DNA of 64,000 bases from Macrostomum lignano (taxonomy: Eukaryota): positions 310,001 to 374,000 of the forward strand of contig NIVC01000327.1 of assembly GCA_002269645.1 (NCBI GenBank), in the 5' to 3' direction. Below the pieces are notes generated by a model. It saw only the letters and a program-made list of their open reading frames with translations, searched no databases and had not been told where the DNA came from. Below, piece after piece: positions 48,611 to 60,429 of the stretch. The position numbers and the translations under genes are program-made. Positions within the stretch are counted from its first letter, which is position 1, and every line of letters starts with the position of its first letter.

Positions 48611-51600
48611 ATTAGCAACTATTTATACTAATTTATTTCTTTTTATTTTAAAGAAGCAAAAGTTTATTACTGACTTTTTAAACTATACAAATTTTCCTTT
48701 TTTATGTAAAAATAATTATTTATATTATTTTTTATGTATAGTGATATACTTTAGTTGTTGGCAAGATGGTCCAGCAGGTTTTGGAATCCCACCACTATCA
48801 CCAGTGATGTGCTTAGCTTCCTGGCTTCTGGGATGGGATGGACTGCTATTGTCCAAAGCAACCTTGCTAAGTATACTTATGGGTGCTGAGACTGGGGAGA
48901 AATCTAATATCAAAGGTAGTGCTGCCACTAGCGTGGGAACCATAGGATCTGCAATGAAGGAGTCTGATTGGGTTCCACACAAATAAATAATGCTAGAACA
49001 ACTAGTCTCAGATATTTCAATGTCCAAGTGACAGGACTCAATGGTAGCAAATGGCCTGAGGTGGCGCAGTCCTGGCACTGACAATGTCCGCACTTGAGCA
49101 TGTCTGAGTTTAGCTCTCAGAGGACCCCTAACTCCTACTAACCTAATAGCTACGACTTGCGCAGATGGGTGGCAAGGAATAGGTCTATGCGCCTGAAGTA
49201 GCAATAGACTCACGCTAACTATGCTCTTAGCTATTTCTTAGAATCGCACATGAGTGCTGCGATTACACACTCACTCTCACTCTTATTCGCGCCTATGTTG
49301 CAAATAGACTATAGCAGAATGGCTTCAGCCAACTGATTTCCTGCCAAATAGGGTAGGCTGGAAAACCAGAGCTATAGCATAGCAATGCTCTACCAAGACC
49401 TACTCAGGAGCGTACTTTCTGCTTGAGCGCCGCAATGCTCTACCAAGACCTGCTCAGGAGCTTGCGTCTGCTTAGCAATGCTTATAGCTCTACCAAGACC
49501 TGCTCAGGAGCTTTGCTTTGCTGTTAACCGGTGCTAGAGCGCTAGACTTGGAGAAAGTTCTCGACAAGTCCTCACGAGGCGGTTCTGGGAAAAAATTCAG
49601 ACAGACGGGCCTGCATTTGTTAATATAGAACGCGGAGAGTGGAGTGTTTAGGCATTCTGTGGCTTGACCATGGAACTGCAGCCAGAAAGTGCGGATAATG
49701 ATGCACAACAGATATTGATTAAACATGGGGGGAGAAAGTAGCTTGTTCAAACTGCCGACAGTCGCCTCAAGCCACTAGTGAAAATGGCATGCCAAATTTG
49801 GGCTTGTGTGCACAAGGCTACACGTGAGGGAGGGTTCAGCTCGGGACACAGGGTCCGCAAAACCCTCAGTCTAAAAATAGAATGATTCATGGGGAGAGGC
49901 TTGGATGCAGGAGAAATGAGAGAGCAGAAGGAAGAAGGGTCCAGAGAGCGCACGGGGGAAAAGCGCGGCTAACTAGACTTGCGTACACTGAATGATCGTA
50001 TGCGGCAGGCCAGGCAACTACAGTACAGGCAAGTGCCAAATTTGGTGGCTTCCACTAACTAACCCTAGGCTACGCAAAACTTCCTAATTTCCTATGCTAT
50101 TGAGCCTCATACAACGGCTTGATTGCGCCATATTGTGCAACTTCTGAGCACCAAGGAAGGCTGCTTAGAGTGCATGGAGGCAGCAGAAAAATTCCTATTC
50201 CAGATGCTAGCAGCCGACAGAGTGCCTAAGATGTGACTGTGGCCCTATGCTTGCAGCAGAAGGCTGCGGCCACATCAATAGCATGAATTTATTCACCAAA
50301 ATTGGTATGCCAAAAATTGGCATCAATTTTATGTGTTGTACTCGCGGGCTGCAATCTCGTCTAGCCTGGTCGTTTTGTTTCCCCGGGGTAGCGGGTTTGG
50401 TGTGGGACTGCCCCGGGTGCGCGGCAGAGGGATGGACAGAGGACAAACGACTGGCGCTCCTCGAGGCGGATGGCCACTCCGAGGGGAAGAGGAAGAGATG
50501 CAACCCGGGGCGCACAGGCACTCCTTGGTCACGGAAGGCTCGGGGTACTTCTGCGGTCAGCAGAGCGGATAGCCACTCAGAGCCAGCCCGGGAGTCACCG
50601 AGGTGAATGTGAAATGAGGTGAATGTGAAGGATTGGCTGGGGCGTACAGACACTCCGGACCAATCAAGAGATACAAGGTGATGGATTAGCTGGGGCGTAC
50701 AGACACTCCAAGCCAATCAAAAAGTGCAGGTGAGCAAGGGGGTGAGTAGGTGAAGCAATGAGGCGGCAAGGATGGAGGGAAGACACGTGCGGAGAGCCCC
50801 AAAAACGCAAATGCAACCCGAATAAATGTAATTTAAGCTCACTGGGCGGGGTCAAACCGACTCATGCAACGCAGTTTATTTGGCCATAGTAACTGTTCTG
50901 GCAGCTCGGAGATGGCGGATGGCACGGATTAGCTTGCTACCAAGTGTTCCGATAGTTTACTGGCTCGTGCAGTTTTGTAATTTTATGATAGTTTTCTTAC
51001 TCAGTTGCTGGTGTAGCTCTAACCGCAAAAACCAAGCAGCGTGCCACCGGTGGGCTCCAAGCCAGCTAATAAATAGTATGATAAAAAATGGGGGAGTGGG
51101 CCAAACCGGCCTGAGTGCAAATACTCACACAACAGAACCCCGCGAGCACCCCACCCTAGCCCAGCCAATCAAAACACGCGCTAGGTAAGGCTCTACGAAT
51201 GGGGGGGGGGTAGAAAAGTGAGGGTCTGCCGGCCCAGCCAGCCAATCAGAGCACTTGCCGGCTGCCTAAAACCAAAGCCGGCTGAACCAACTCAAACCAG
51301 CTAGGCCGGCAGACTGGGCAGTTCACATGCACCAAAAAAACAAGTTGATGAGAAGGTCATTGTGGCGCAGGCCACAACATATGTACCAAAATTTGTATGC
51401 CAAAAAAATTGCATGAATTTTTATGCCAAAATTTGTTTGCCAACTTTGAAAAGGGTCAATTTGTACACTATAATTTTCCAGAAAACATGTAACCTTCTGG
51501 AGTCTAGAAGTGTGGCAGTCTTGGTATGTGATGGTCTTGGTCTTATACTAAGAAATAAGGGTAGAAATTTAGACTGAAGTTAATTGAGAGTTAGGCCTAC

Positions 51601-52393
51601 CTAACAATCTTTTCTTTTTTTTCTGTACTCTCTCTGTCCCATTTCCCTTGTTCTTTTTTCCTTTCCCTTTTTTCTTTCTTTCCACTTCTTTTTATTCTCT
51701 TTTCTCTCTTTTCACTTCTTTCCTCTCCTATCTTTCCCTTCTTGTCTATCCTTTCTCTTTATTCTCCCCTTTTATTCTTTCTTCTTGTAAATATTTAAGT
51801 AACAAAGTAACAAATTATACTACTATGCTTACTAAGATCTCATATGACTTGCTTATTAGTTTTCAAGATGGAATAGCAAAAGCTAACTAAATTGTTTGCA
51901 ATATAGACTTTTTTGATAATAGCAAATGCTAGGTAGCCTTCTCATTGGCTTTAATTCATATTAGGCCTAACTTAACCCCTATTATCCTAACCGCATGTGC
52001 AAATAGTTAAAAAAATCTTGATTGCCTCAGTCCTTATCCTTAAGGGCTTCCCTTGCATTAAAAGTGAAAACATTCTTCTTAGGTCCAACTTTAGCATAAT
52101 GCATGCATATGGGTTTAAATAAAAATCTCTATTGCATCTTATTTATGCTATAAGTAATTTATTGATTATTGGAGTTTGTTGAATTTTAAGATTTGTATGA
52201 ATTTTGACAATTCAGTGGAGTTATTTGTGAAAGGTAAGGTAGCTGGCATCTTGTTTTTCTACTTGTCATCTTTAATTAAGTTTTGAGTGTCATTCTAAAT
52301 ACTTGAAAAACTTGCTAAATGTACTCTCAAGACAGTGTCTTCTATTTAATTCACATTTTAAATTTTGTTTTTCAGTTGAAAACAATTTTCATA

Positions 52394-53970
52394 ATGATTG
52401 ACTTTAGCAATGCTGATGCACTTAATCTGGACGCAGCTCTGGATGCAACTGTTGAAGATATTGATGATATTTTTAATAATAGGTAAGTCTGGAATCAAAA
52501 TTTCTATGCTACATTTACTGGTATATTTTTAAAGCTAATCTCTATAGAATTTATCTCGATTTTTTAAAAACTTTTAAGCTTATTTGACAGTTCAACTTGT
52601 CACAATGGCAACTGCAATGGGGTCGCATTTCGCTGCTTTGAAGAGTCGGAACTGCACTATAGCCTGTGCCATCGACACGCCTGCGAGGCATGTCATCAGG
52701 CTTTTCCTAATCACCGACTGCTGGACTGTCATATTCAGGCTGCACACTCTGGGCCGCTGTGCAAACTGGTGGGTCCTCTTCCCACACTCTACTTCTCTGT
52801 CTACCTACACTCTACTTCTCTGTCTACCCACACTACTTTTGTCTTCCCACACTCTACTTCTCTGTCTTCCCACACTCTACTTCTCTGTCTTCCCACACTC
52901 TACTTCTCTGTCTACCTACACTCTACTTCTCTGTCTTCCCACACTCTACTTCTCTGTCTACCTACACTCTACTTCTCTGTCTTCCCACACTACTTCTCTG
53001 TCTACTACACACTAATCTGCCTACCTACTCTACTTCTATGTCTACCTACTCAACTTCTGTCTACCCAGACTCTACTTCTTTATCTACCTACACTCTACTT
53101 CTCTGTCTACCTACTCTACTTATCTGTCTACCTACACTACTCTGTCTACCCACACTCTACTTCTCTGTCTACCCAGACTCTACTTCTTTATCTACCTACA
53201 CTCTACTTCTCTGTCTACCTACACTCTACTCTATCTGCTTACACTCTACTTCTCTGTCTATCTACACTCTACTTCTGTCTACCTTTTCTACTTCTCTGTC
53301 TACCTAAACTCTACACTCTAAAATTTAATAACGAAATTTGTACCTGTCAGTCAAACCAATAATTGTTCAACTTAATTTCTAAAAAACAGTTTTCCTGCGT
53401 TCTGCCAGTGTGCGACGAAAAGTTTCCCAATCCATCGTTGGCTAAAGAGCACGCAATTCGTGAGCACAAGTTTCCATCGAATTATCGATTCTTTCCGCCA
53501 ACTAAAGAGTCGCCAAATCGACCGCTCGATGTTCGGTTAGTAAATTCTAGCTCTCTACTTGTATTTCTACTTTAAGTAGACGATTGGCATACAAAAATAA
53601 AATAAAATTTAATTTCTACTTCAAGTAGACGATTGGCATACAAAAATAAAATAAAATTTTATTTCTACTTCAAGTAGACGATTGGCATAGAAATAGAAAA
53701 ATTAAACTTTTATTTCTACTTTCAGCAGACAATTCGCACAGAAATAGAAAATTAAAACTTTTATATCTACTTTAAGTAAGTCATTAGTACATAATGAAAA
53801 TTTATCCACCGCTGAAAAAAACATTTAATTACCTTCTTCGTTGCAGAAAACGACCTACTTTGTTATTTCCCTCGAAGACATCTCGACATCAGCAGGGTAC
53901 TGATACAAAATGTGCTTTAACTGACACTGCTGCGACAGCTACAGGCTCTGAACCAATGGAGACTGAATGA
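52394..53970 (+). CDS. znf511: ZNF511-like C2H2 zinc finger protein, 178 aa: join(52394-52482,52591-52768,53390-53535,53847-53970)
   Basis: C-x4-C...LHYSLCH, CEACHQAFPNHRLLDCHIQAAH, CVLPVCDEKF...EHAIREHKFPSNYRF follow the ZNF511 three-finger pattern; phases 2-0-2 consistent; the N-terminus may extend to an upstream exon (acceptor at 52375). Confidence 0.8.
52780..53320 (+). repeat. ~23-bp pyrimidine-rich minisatellite filling ZNF511 intron 2
   Basis: Unit cccacactctacttctctgtctt; starts ~12 nt after the donor. Confidence 0.9.
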
Positions 53971-54189
53971 TTCACGGGCTTCTAAGCGCTGATATCAAAC
54001 ACTGCATTCATGTTTGCGACGTTGAAGTTCTATTAAGAACGATTATGAATCTGTATTTTGTTTGCTTTTTCTCTATTAAATGATCTAATCTTTTTGATAA
54101 TATTGATGAATTTTTACTGGATTGAAAATTCAGCCGCTCGCTTTTGTATTTTTTTAAAGTTCGAAAGTATTAGGCAAGCTTTTATGGTT

Positions 54190-54730
54190 TTTTGTCATTC
54201 ATTAGGTTATTTAATAGTTCTTTCCTTGGGTCATACAGTAGATTATTCAGTAGCTTAGGCAGTGGGTCATGCAGCAGGTCATGCAGTGGGTCATACAGTA
54301 GGTCATACAGCAGATCATACAGTAGCTCAAAGAGTAGATCATGCACTGGGTCATACAGCAGGTTATACAGTAGCTCAAAGTAGATCATGCAGTGGGTCAT
54401 ACAGCTGCTCATATAGGGTCATAAAGTAGCTCATACAGCAGGTCATACAGTAGTTCATACATTAGCTCATATAGGGTCATACAGCAACTCATATAGGGTC
54501 CTTCAGTAGCTCATACAGTAGTTCATACAGTAGCTCATATAGGGTCATACAGCAGGTCATACAGTAGCTCATACAGTTGGTCATACAGCAACTCATATAG
54601 GGTCATACAGTAGCTCATACAGCAACTCATATAGGGTCATACAGTTGGTCATACAGCAACTCATATAGGGTCATACAGTAGCTCATACAGCAACTCATAT
54701 AGGGTCATACAGTAGCTCATACAGCAGGTC
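54190..54730 (+). repeat. ~12-bp minisatellite (ggtcatacagca / agctcatacagt)
   Basis: Units visible. Confidence 0.85.
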
Positions 54731-54867
54731 ATACAGTTCCGAAACAGGCACAAGCTCGCACGGGTATGCACAACACTTGCTTACTTTTAAAATGACAAAT
54801 TCTAATAGAGTCTAAATTCGCTAATGTTGGCATTTCTGCGGTGCAAACAGGCGGAACACAAGTCAGC

Positions 54868-55332
54868 ATGTCAGAAGACTCCGACTCTCCTAGACCAAAA
54901 CGTCGCTGCCTGAAATGCGGCATTGAGAATTGCGAGGCCCAGATAGAAATTGGCAATTCTGATAATATTTTATGCTCTACTCATGCTACTGATGAGTATA
55001 ATAAACGATTATTACGCGCTAAAATGCAAACAATGGAAAATTTAGAAAAGATTCGATCAATAACTGGGGATTTTGAGACTCAGCGACAGTCTCTACTAGC
55101 TGAGCAGCAGTCGCTGCAGCAACAGGTTGAGTCTACTGGAGCAGCTTTCGACTCTGCAATTGCAACAATTGTCCAGTTCCGTGCTCAATTTCGTCAGGCT
55201 GCAGGTTCGATGACGCCCGAGAATAGGGCGGCGGCTGTTGAGCAGTTGCGACAATTGCAAGCTAATATTGATGCTCACATGGGTAATGTAATGCGCGAAG
55301 CTGGATTAGCTGATGATGGAGCTAATGCTTAA
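54868..55332 (+). CDS. Orphan 154-aa protein with a Cys/His cluster and coiled coil, intronless
   Basis: MSEDSDSPRPKRR then C-x2-C-x4-C-x13-C-x2-H, then Q/A/E-rich heptad-like region; stop-free with coding-like composition. Confidence 0.55.
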   Translation: MSEDSDSPRPKRRCLKCGIENCEAQIEIGNSDNILCSTHATDEYNKRLLRAKMQTMENLEKIRSITGDFETQRQSLLAEQQSLQQQVESTGAAFDSAIATIVQFRAQFRQAAGSMTPENRAAAVEQLRQLQANIDAHMGNVMREAGLADDGANA

Positions 55333-55374
55333 CTTTATATGTCCCTAGCGACTCTTTTGACTTTTAATGACTCA

Positions 55375-55612
55375 ATAGTAATAGTACAATCTGAAGGCTG
55401 CGTACGACTGTTCAGTCCAAGGACGGGGGGTCGCCACACACAGTCTCAATTACCCCAGCTAATGCTGGCACCCATTTTACAGCTGAGTGAACTGAAGCAA
55501 TGCAGAGTTGAATAATATCTTAATCAAGGACACAAATTGTTCCGAGTGGGATCGGGAATCGAACCCCCGACCTTCAAGTCGCGAGTCCAACGCTCTGACC
55601 ACTGGGCTACGA
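55375..55612 (-). mobile_element. tRNA-derived SINE, copy 2
   Basis: Highly similar to 28560-28735 (ctcaattaccccagctaatgctggcaccc...gaacccccgaccttcaagtc). Confidence 0.8.
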
Positions 55613-56654
55613 CTCAGATGACTATTGAGTCACGAACGCATCACGTGAGTTGCAGTTGCAGAATCATAAAAAAGTCGTTCAAAAGTCGTTGTGTTAGCGC
55701 TTAACTTTCTACTGACTAAAGTAGACTAAGTAGAGTTGTTAGAATATCGATGTGAAATGCGATTCTAATTCATAAAGTCACCCGGCAGCTCAGTGATTCT
55801 ACAGCAACTCTGGCGCCGCTTTAGATACTGGGAGTCGTTTAGGGTCGCATAGGGTCGATTCTTTCCCATTTTTAGGCCTTAGGTACCGTTTTCATTGGGC
55901 AGCGTCAAACGTTTGTTAATTAGATGACGAGGCGATTGTTTACTATATTACATAGATAGTTACTCATGCCGTTTACCCTACGCTGTCGCTATACGCTACA
56001 ACTTAGCAAAGTTAGATACCAAAAAACGTTTTTTACTTTGCTCAATTTAAGCACTACTGTTAGTAGTACGAGAGACGAAACACGTTAAAATTATTGATTA
56101 TAAAAATTATGAAATATTATTTTATAGGCTTAGTTAATGTAATTCACATTTAAAAATAAAATCAAGCTTTAAAAAGTAATTATAAAACAGTCTGTATTCG
56201 ATTCCATGCATCTTTGACGTTACAATACAACTGTTTGTGTTGTTATTATTTGTTATTGAAAGTACTGTTTTTATATAGCATGCATTATGTGTGCATACAC
56301 CAGATTGTTTTGTATTGTTTTGCATCTTTCATTATTTTTGTAACTTTATTTAACTGTCCAATGAAGCTTATTTCAATTCTATTGTTATAAACTTAATTTA
56401 CTTTTGAATTTAATAATATACAAAGCGTTATTGCTTGATGTCAGATGCACTTTATATCTATTAATCATAGGTAATATTTGTTTTAGAATTCAAAAGTAAG
56501 GAACCAATTTTTTTATGGATTTTTTAAAAAATATATCAGCTTTTGTTTGTTTCAGCTCGTGTTTTATTCACCTGTATTTTTGTTGTATTACATTTTTAAA
56601 AAATCAATAATTCCTAAAGTAATTCCCAAACTCTAAGATTCAATCGTAATTCCC

Positions 56655-57010
56655 CTTTGATCCATGATTCCCCAGTAATCCATAATTTCCCAGTAATCCA
56701 TAATTCCCCAATAATCCATAGTTCCCTAGTAATCCATAATTCCCCAATAATCGAAAGTTCCCTAGTAATCTATAATTCCCTAGTAATCCATAATTCCCTA
56801 GTAATCCATAATTCCCTAGTAATCCATAATTCCCTAGTAATCCATAATTCCCTAGTAATCCATAATTCCCCAATAATCCATAATTCCCCAGTAATCCATA
56901 ATTCCCCAATACCCCATAATTCTCCAATAATCCATAATTCCCCAATACCCCATAATTCTCCAATGATCCATAATTCCCCAATAATCCATAATTCCCTAAT
57001 CATCCATAAT
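56655..57010 (+). repeat. 18-bp minisatellite, probably in a 5'UTR intron of UBXN11
   Basis: Unit ccataattccccaataat; acceptor ttgcag at 57156 precedes the ATG. Confidence 0.9.
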
Positions 57011-57169
57011 CCCAACGAGATCTGTAGTTCTTCTGATTTAAAATTCCCTTCTATAGATTCATCACCCTAAAAAAATATTTTTCTTAAAAACCCTCTAGGT
57101 CATCTGTGACATCCCATCTGGTACATTAGCAACCTACTGTAACCCAATATTTGCAGCCTGCCAACAACC

Positions 57170-59693
57170 ATGAGCGGTCCAATGTCTTCGCTCAACAAAT
57201 CGCGTCGGATGCCGTTTAAACCGCCATCGAATCCGAATTTTGGCGGCGCTAACAATAACATCAATACTACTCATAGCAACAGTAGTAGAAGTAGTAGTAG
57301 GCAGTCCAGCGATTTGACAACTGGAACAGGCGGTGGCGGTTCTAAGAGGTCTTCGCCTCGGCTGCCTCCCATGTCTTCTTTATCCACTATTGACGACAAG
57401 AGTCTGGGCTCGCCGACATCTGCAAATACTGCGGAAGACGATTCGGAGTTGCTTAAATTAGCCAACGAAGTTCTTGATGACGAAGTCAGTCGTAAAATGC
57501 GACGCGATAGGCAGAAGCGCGAAACTGCGACAGTGAAATCTGCTGATCGACCGCCGAGTGCCCGGGGGAACAGCGACGCAGACCTGCTGGCCACTGCCGT
57601 CAGCCGGGTGGGAGCTCTTGAACGGCTGTGCAAGGAGCAGCGGGAGGAGCTGAGCAGGCGGCAGCGAAGGATCGACGTGCTAGATGATAAGGTCTTTCTT
57701 GGTGTTCAGCTGCCCTCCCAGATCCTCAGTTGCTGGGCCAGCCTCCCAGATCCTCAGTTGCTGGGCCAGCCTCCCAGATCCTCAGTTGCTGGGCCATTCT
57801 CCCAGATCCTCAGTTGCTGGGCCAGCCTCCCAGATCCTCAGTTGCTGGGCCAGCCTCCCAGATCCTCAGTTGCTGGGCCAGCCTCCCAGATCCTCAGTTG
57901 CTGGGCCAGCCTCCCAGATCCTCAGTTGCTGGGCCATTCTCCCAGATCCTCAGTTGCTGGGCCATTCTCCCAGATCCTCAGTTGCTGGGCCAGCCTCCCA
58001 GATCCTCAGTTGCTGGGCCATTCTCCCAGATCCTCAGTTGCTGTGCCAGCCTCCCAGATCCTCAGTTGCTGGGCCATCCTCCCAAATCCTCAGTTGCTGG
58101 GCCAGCTTCCCAGATCTTCAGTTGCTGACTTGCTGGGCCATCCTCCCAAATCCTCAGTTGCTGGGCCAGCCTCCCAGATCTTCAGTTGCTGGGCCAGCCT
58201 CCCAGATCTTCAGTTGCTGGACCAGCCTCCCAGATCTTCAGTTGCTGGACCAGCCTCCCAGATCCTCAGTTGCTGGGCCAGTCTCCCAGATCCTCAGTTG
58301 CTGGGCCAGCCTCCCAGATCCCCAGTTGCTGTGCCAGTCTCCCAGATCCTCAGTTGCTGGGCCATTCTCCCAAATCCTCAGTTGCTGAGCCATCCTCCCA
58401 GATCCCCAGTTGCTGTGCCAGTCTCCCAGATCCTCAGTTGCATGGCCAGCCTCCCAGATCCTCAGTTTCTGGGCCAGTCTCCCAGATCCCAGACAGCTGC
58501 ATGTTTACATAAATCAATAGCAGCATTCGCAGTCACCAGGTTATAGTCAATAACACCAATCGTGTTGTGCACAATTCACTCAGGTTCGCCTTCTGACCAC
58601 AGCCGCTGGCGCAGCCAAAGGCAGCTCCAGAGAAGTGGACTCTCTGCGATCGCGCTGCCGTGAACTGCAAAAGCAAGTTCACGAGATGGAGAATTTCTTA
58701 GCCGATTACGGATTAATCTGGGTTGGAGAAGATGACGCAGATGAGGCTGCCGACTGGAACTGGGATCCCAGCAGTTTCTGGCGTCCCAAAGACTCCACAT
58801 CAACCGATGCAGCAGCTGATAGCATTGAGGCCACTCCAAACTTTTTCAATCGTCTATTAGAATGCATCAGGGAATTGAATCGTCTGGTTGGCGAGGACGA
58901 ACTGCAAGTGACCAAAACTGGCACTGGAGCTAAACTAGCCAGACAAAAGTTGGAGTCTGCTATACCTTTATCAGTGTACGCTAATGGTCTGGCTCTGTGG
59001 GATGGTCCGTTTCGATTATACACCGAGCCGTCCACTAGGCAGCTGGTTGCGGACATTCTTGACGGCTATTTTCCAACAGAATTGCAGAGTCGCTATCCGG
59101 ATGGCGTAGCATTTGTGGTTAACGATAGGAGAGAGGTGCAGTTTGACTCTACTAGCAGTAATAGTACACTTGGATTCGCTGGTCAAGGCCGAGTGCTGGG
59201 CGGTGGTAGCAGAGATGATCAACAACAGCAGCAGAGGCGTCAGCAGTTCTTAGGCCGTCTGCCAGCCTCGGTTGTGGCAAAATCTGGTCAGCTGGTCGAT
59301 GTCCGGCAGTCAGTAGCTGATACATTAAGCGCCGGTCATGAGCAGCAAACACCAGCTCGTCAGCTGTCAAACGTGTTGATTGACGCTTCAGGCGACACCC
59401 CAGCCGATCGGGTTGCATCTGTAAAGATTCGATGCAATGCCAGACAGGCCAATGCTGGTACATATTTAATCAGATTGCCGTTTAATTCGAAAGTGTCTCA
59501 GCTATTTAGCTTGTTAAGAGATCGGGGCGCAATGTCCAATTTAAATATTGCCAATGGCGAACAAGTTGCTCTGGTGAATGCTTATCCAAGATCTACGCTA
59601 AGTGAGGATGGCGAATCAACGGCTACTGTGGAAGAGTGCGGACTGGCACCTAATGCTACTCTGATGCTAGTTGTGCAGAAGATTAATAAGTAG
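57170..59693 (+). CDS. ubxn11: UBX domain-containing protein 11 (SOC-like), 543 aa: join(57170-57691,58584-59693)
   Basis: Coiled coil ending LQKQVHEMENFLADYGLIWVGE; SEP-like IPLSVYANGLALWDGPFR...DILDGYFPTELQSRYPDGV; FLGRLPASVV; C-terminal UBX-like region; phase-0 GT-AG intron. Confidence 0.9.
57712..58492 (-). repeat. 28-bp minisatellite (reverse complement of the 29285 array) filling the UBXN11 coding intron
   Basis: Unit ctcccagatcctcagttgctgggccagc. Confidence 0.95.
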
Positions 59694-60429
59694 TCTTGCT
59701 TGACGTCATTTTTTATGATGTCGTGATTGTGAGGTGCGCCTATGATGCCTTATTTCAGGTGTATGTGTGTTTCTGTGATGCCATGTATCAAATGATTAGT
59801 GCCTACCATCATGCAGGTATTCTGTTACTGGTGTCATGTGCTGAATGTCTGTTATGTTATTTTATGTCATGTATTGTATGCCTTATGTCATACCATACAT
59901 TGTATGTTTGTTATGTTATGTGTTGTATAATGTCATGTATAAGGCGTATATGACATTATTTTTTAGATATCCGTTATTTGATGTATTGTGTGTCTATTTT
60001 ATTTTTTTATGTATATTTGCTGACATCTGACGCATGTTTAAATCACAGTATGTCCTGGTTTTAAATGTCATGTATACATGTGTCTATAGTATTTAACGTA
60101 CGATATGAGTATCTATCTAATAAAGAATCTCAAAAATGTAATAAATTGCAAATTATATAAGAATGCTACTCGTTAGTTCCACATGAGGTTTTTTCAAAGT
60201 TTTTTTGAGATTTTAATTAGATTCTGATAATAATTATTACTATATTTGCAATTAACATTAATTGCTGGGATACTATATTTGACTTTCCAACAACTGTAGT
60301 GTCTATTACAGTAATGCTTACTGTGTAATACCATCAGTAGTCCGTCCAAAATTATTTTAAAATTTCTCTTTTTATCTAAAATTTTTCTTTGCAATTATTG
60401 TAAAATTTGCCTCAGAAAATACATCTGCA

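Noticed and set aside
57170-58546. 458-aa single ORF
   Set aside because: Only the first 174 codons are UBXN11; the rest is read-through into the 28-bp intronic array
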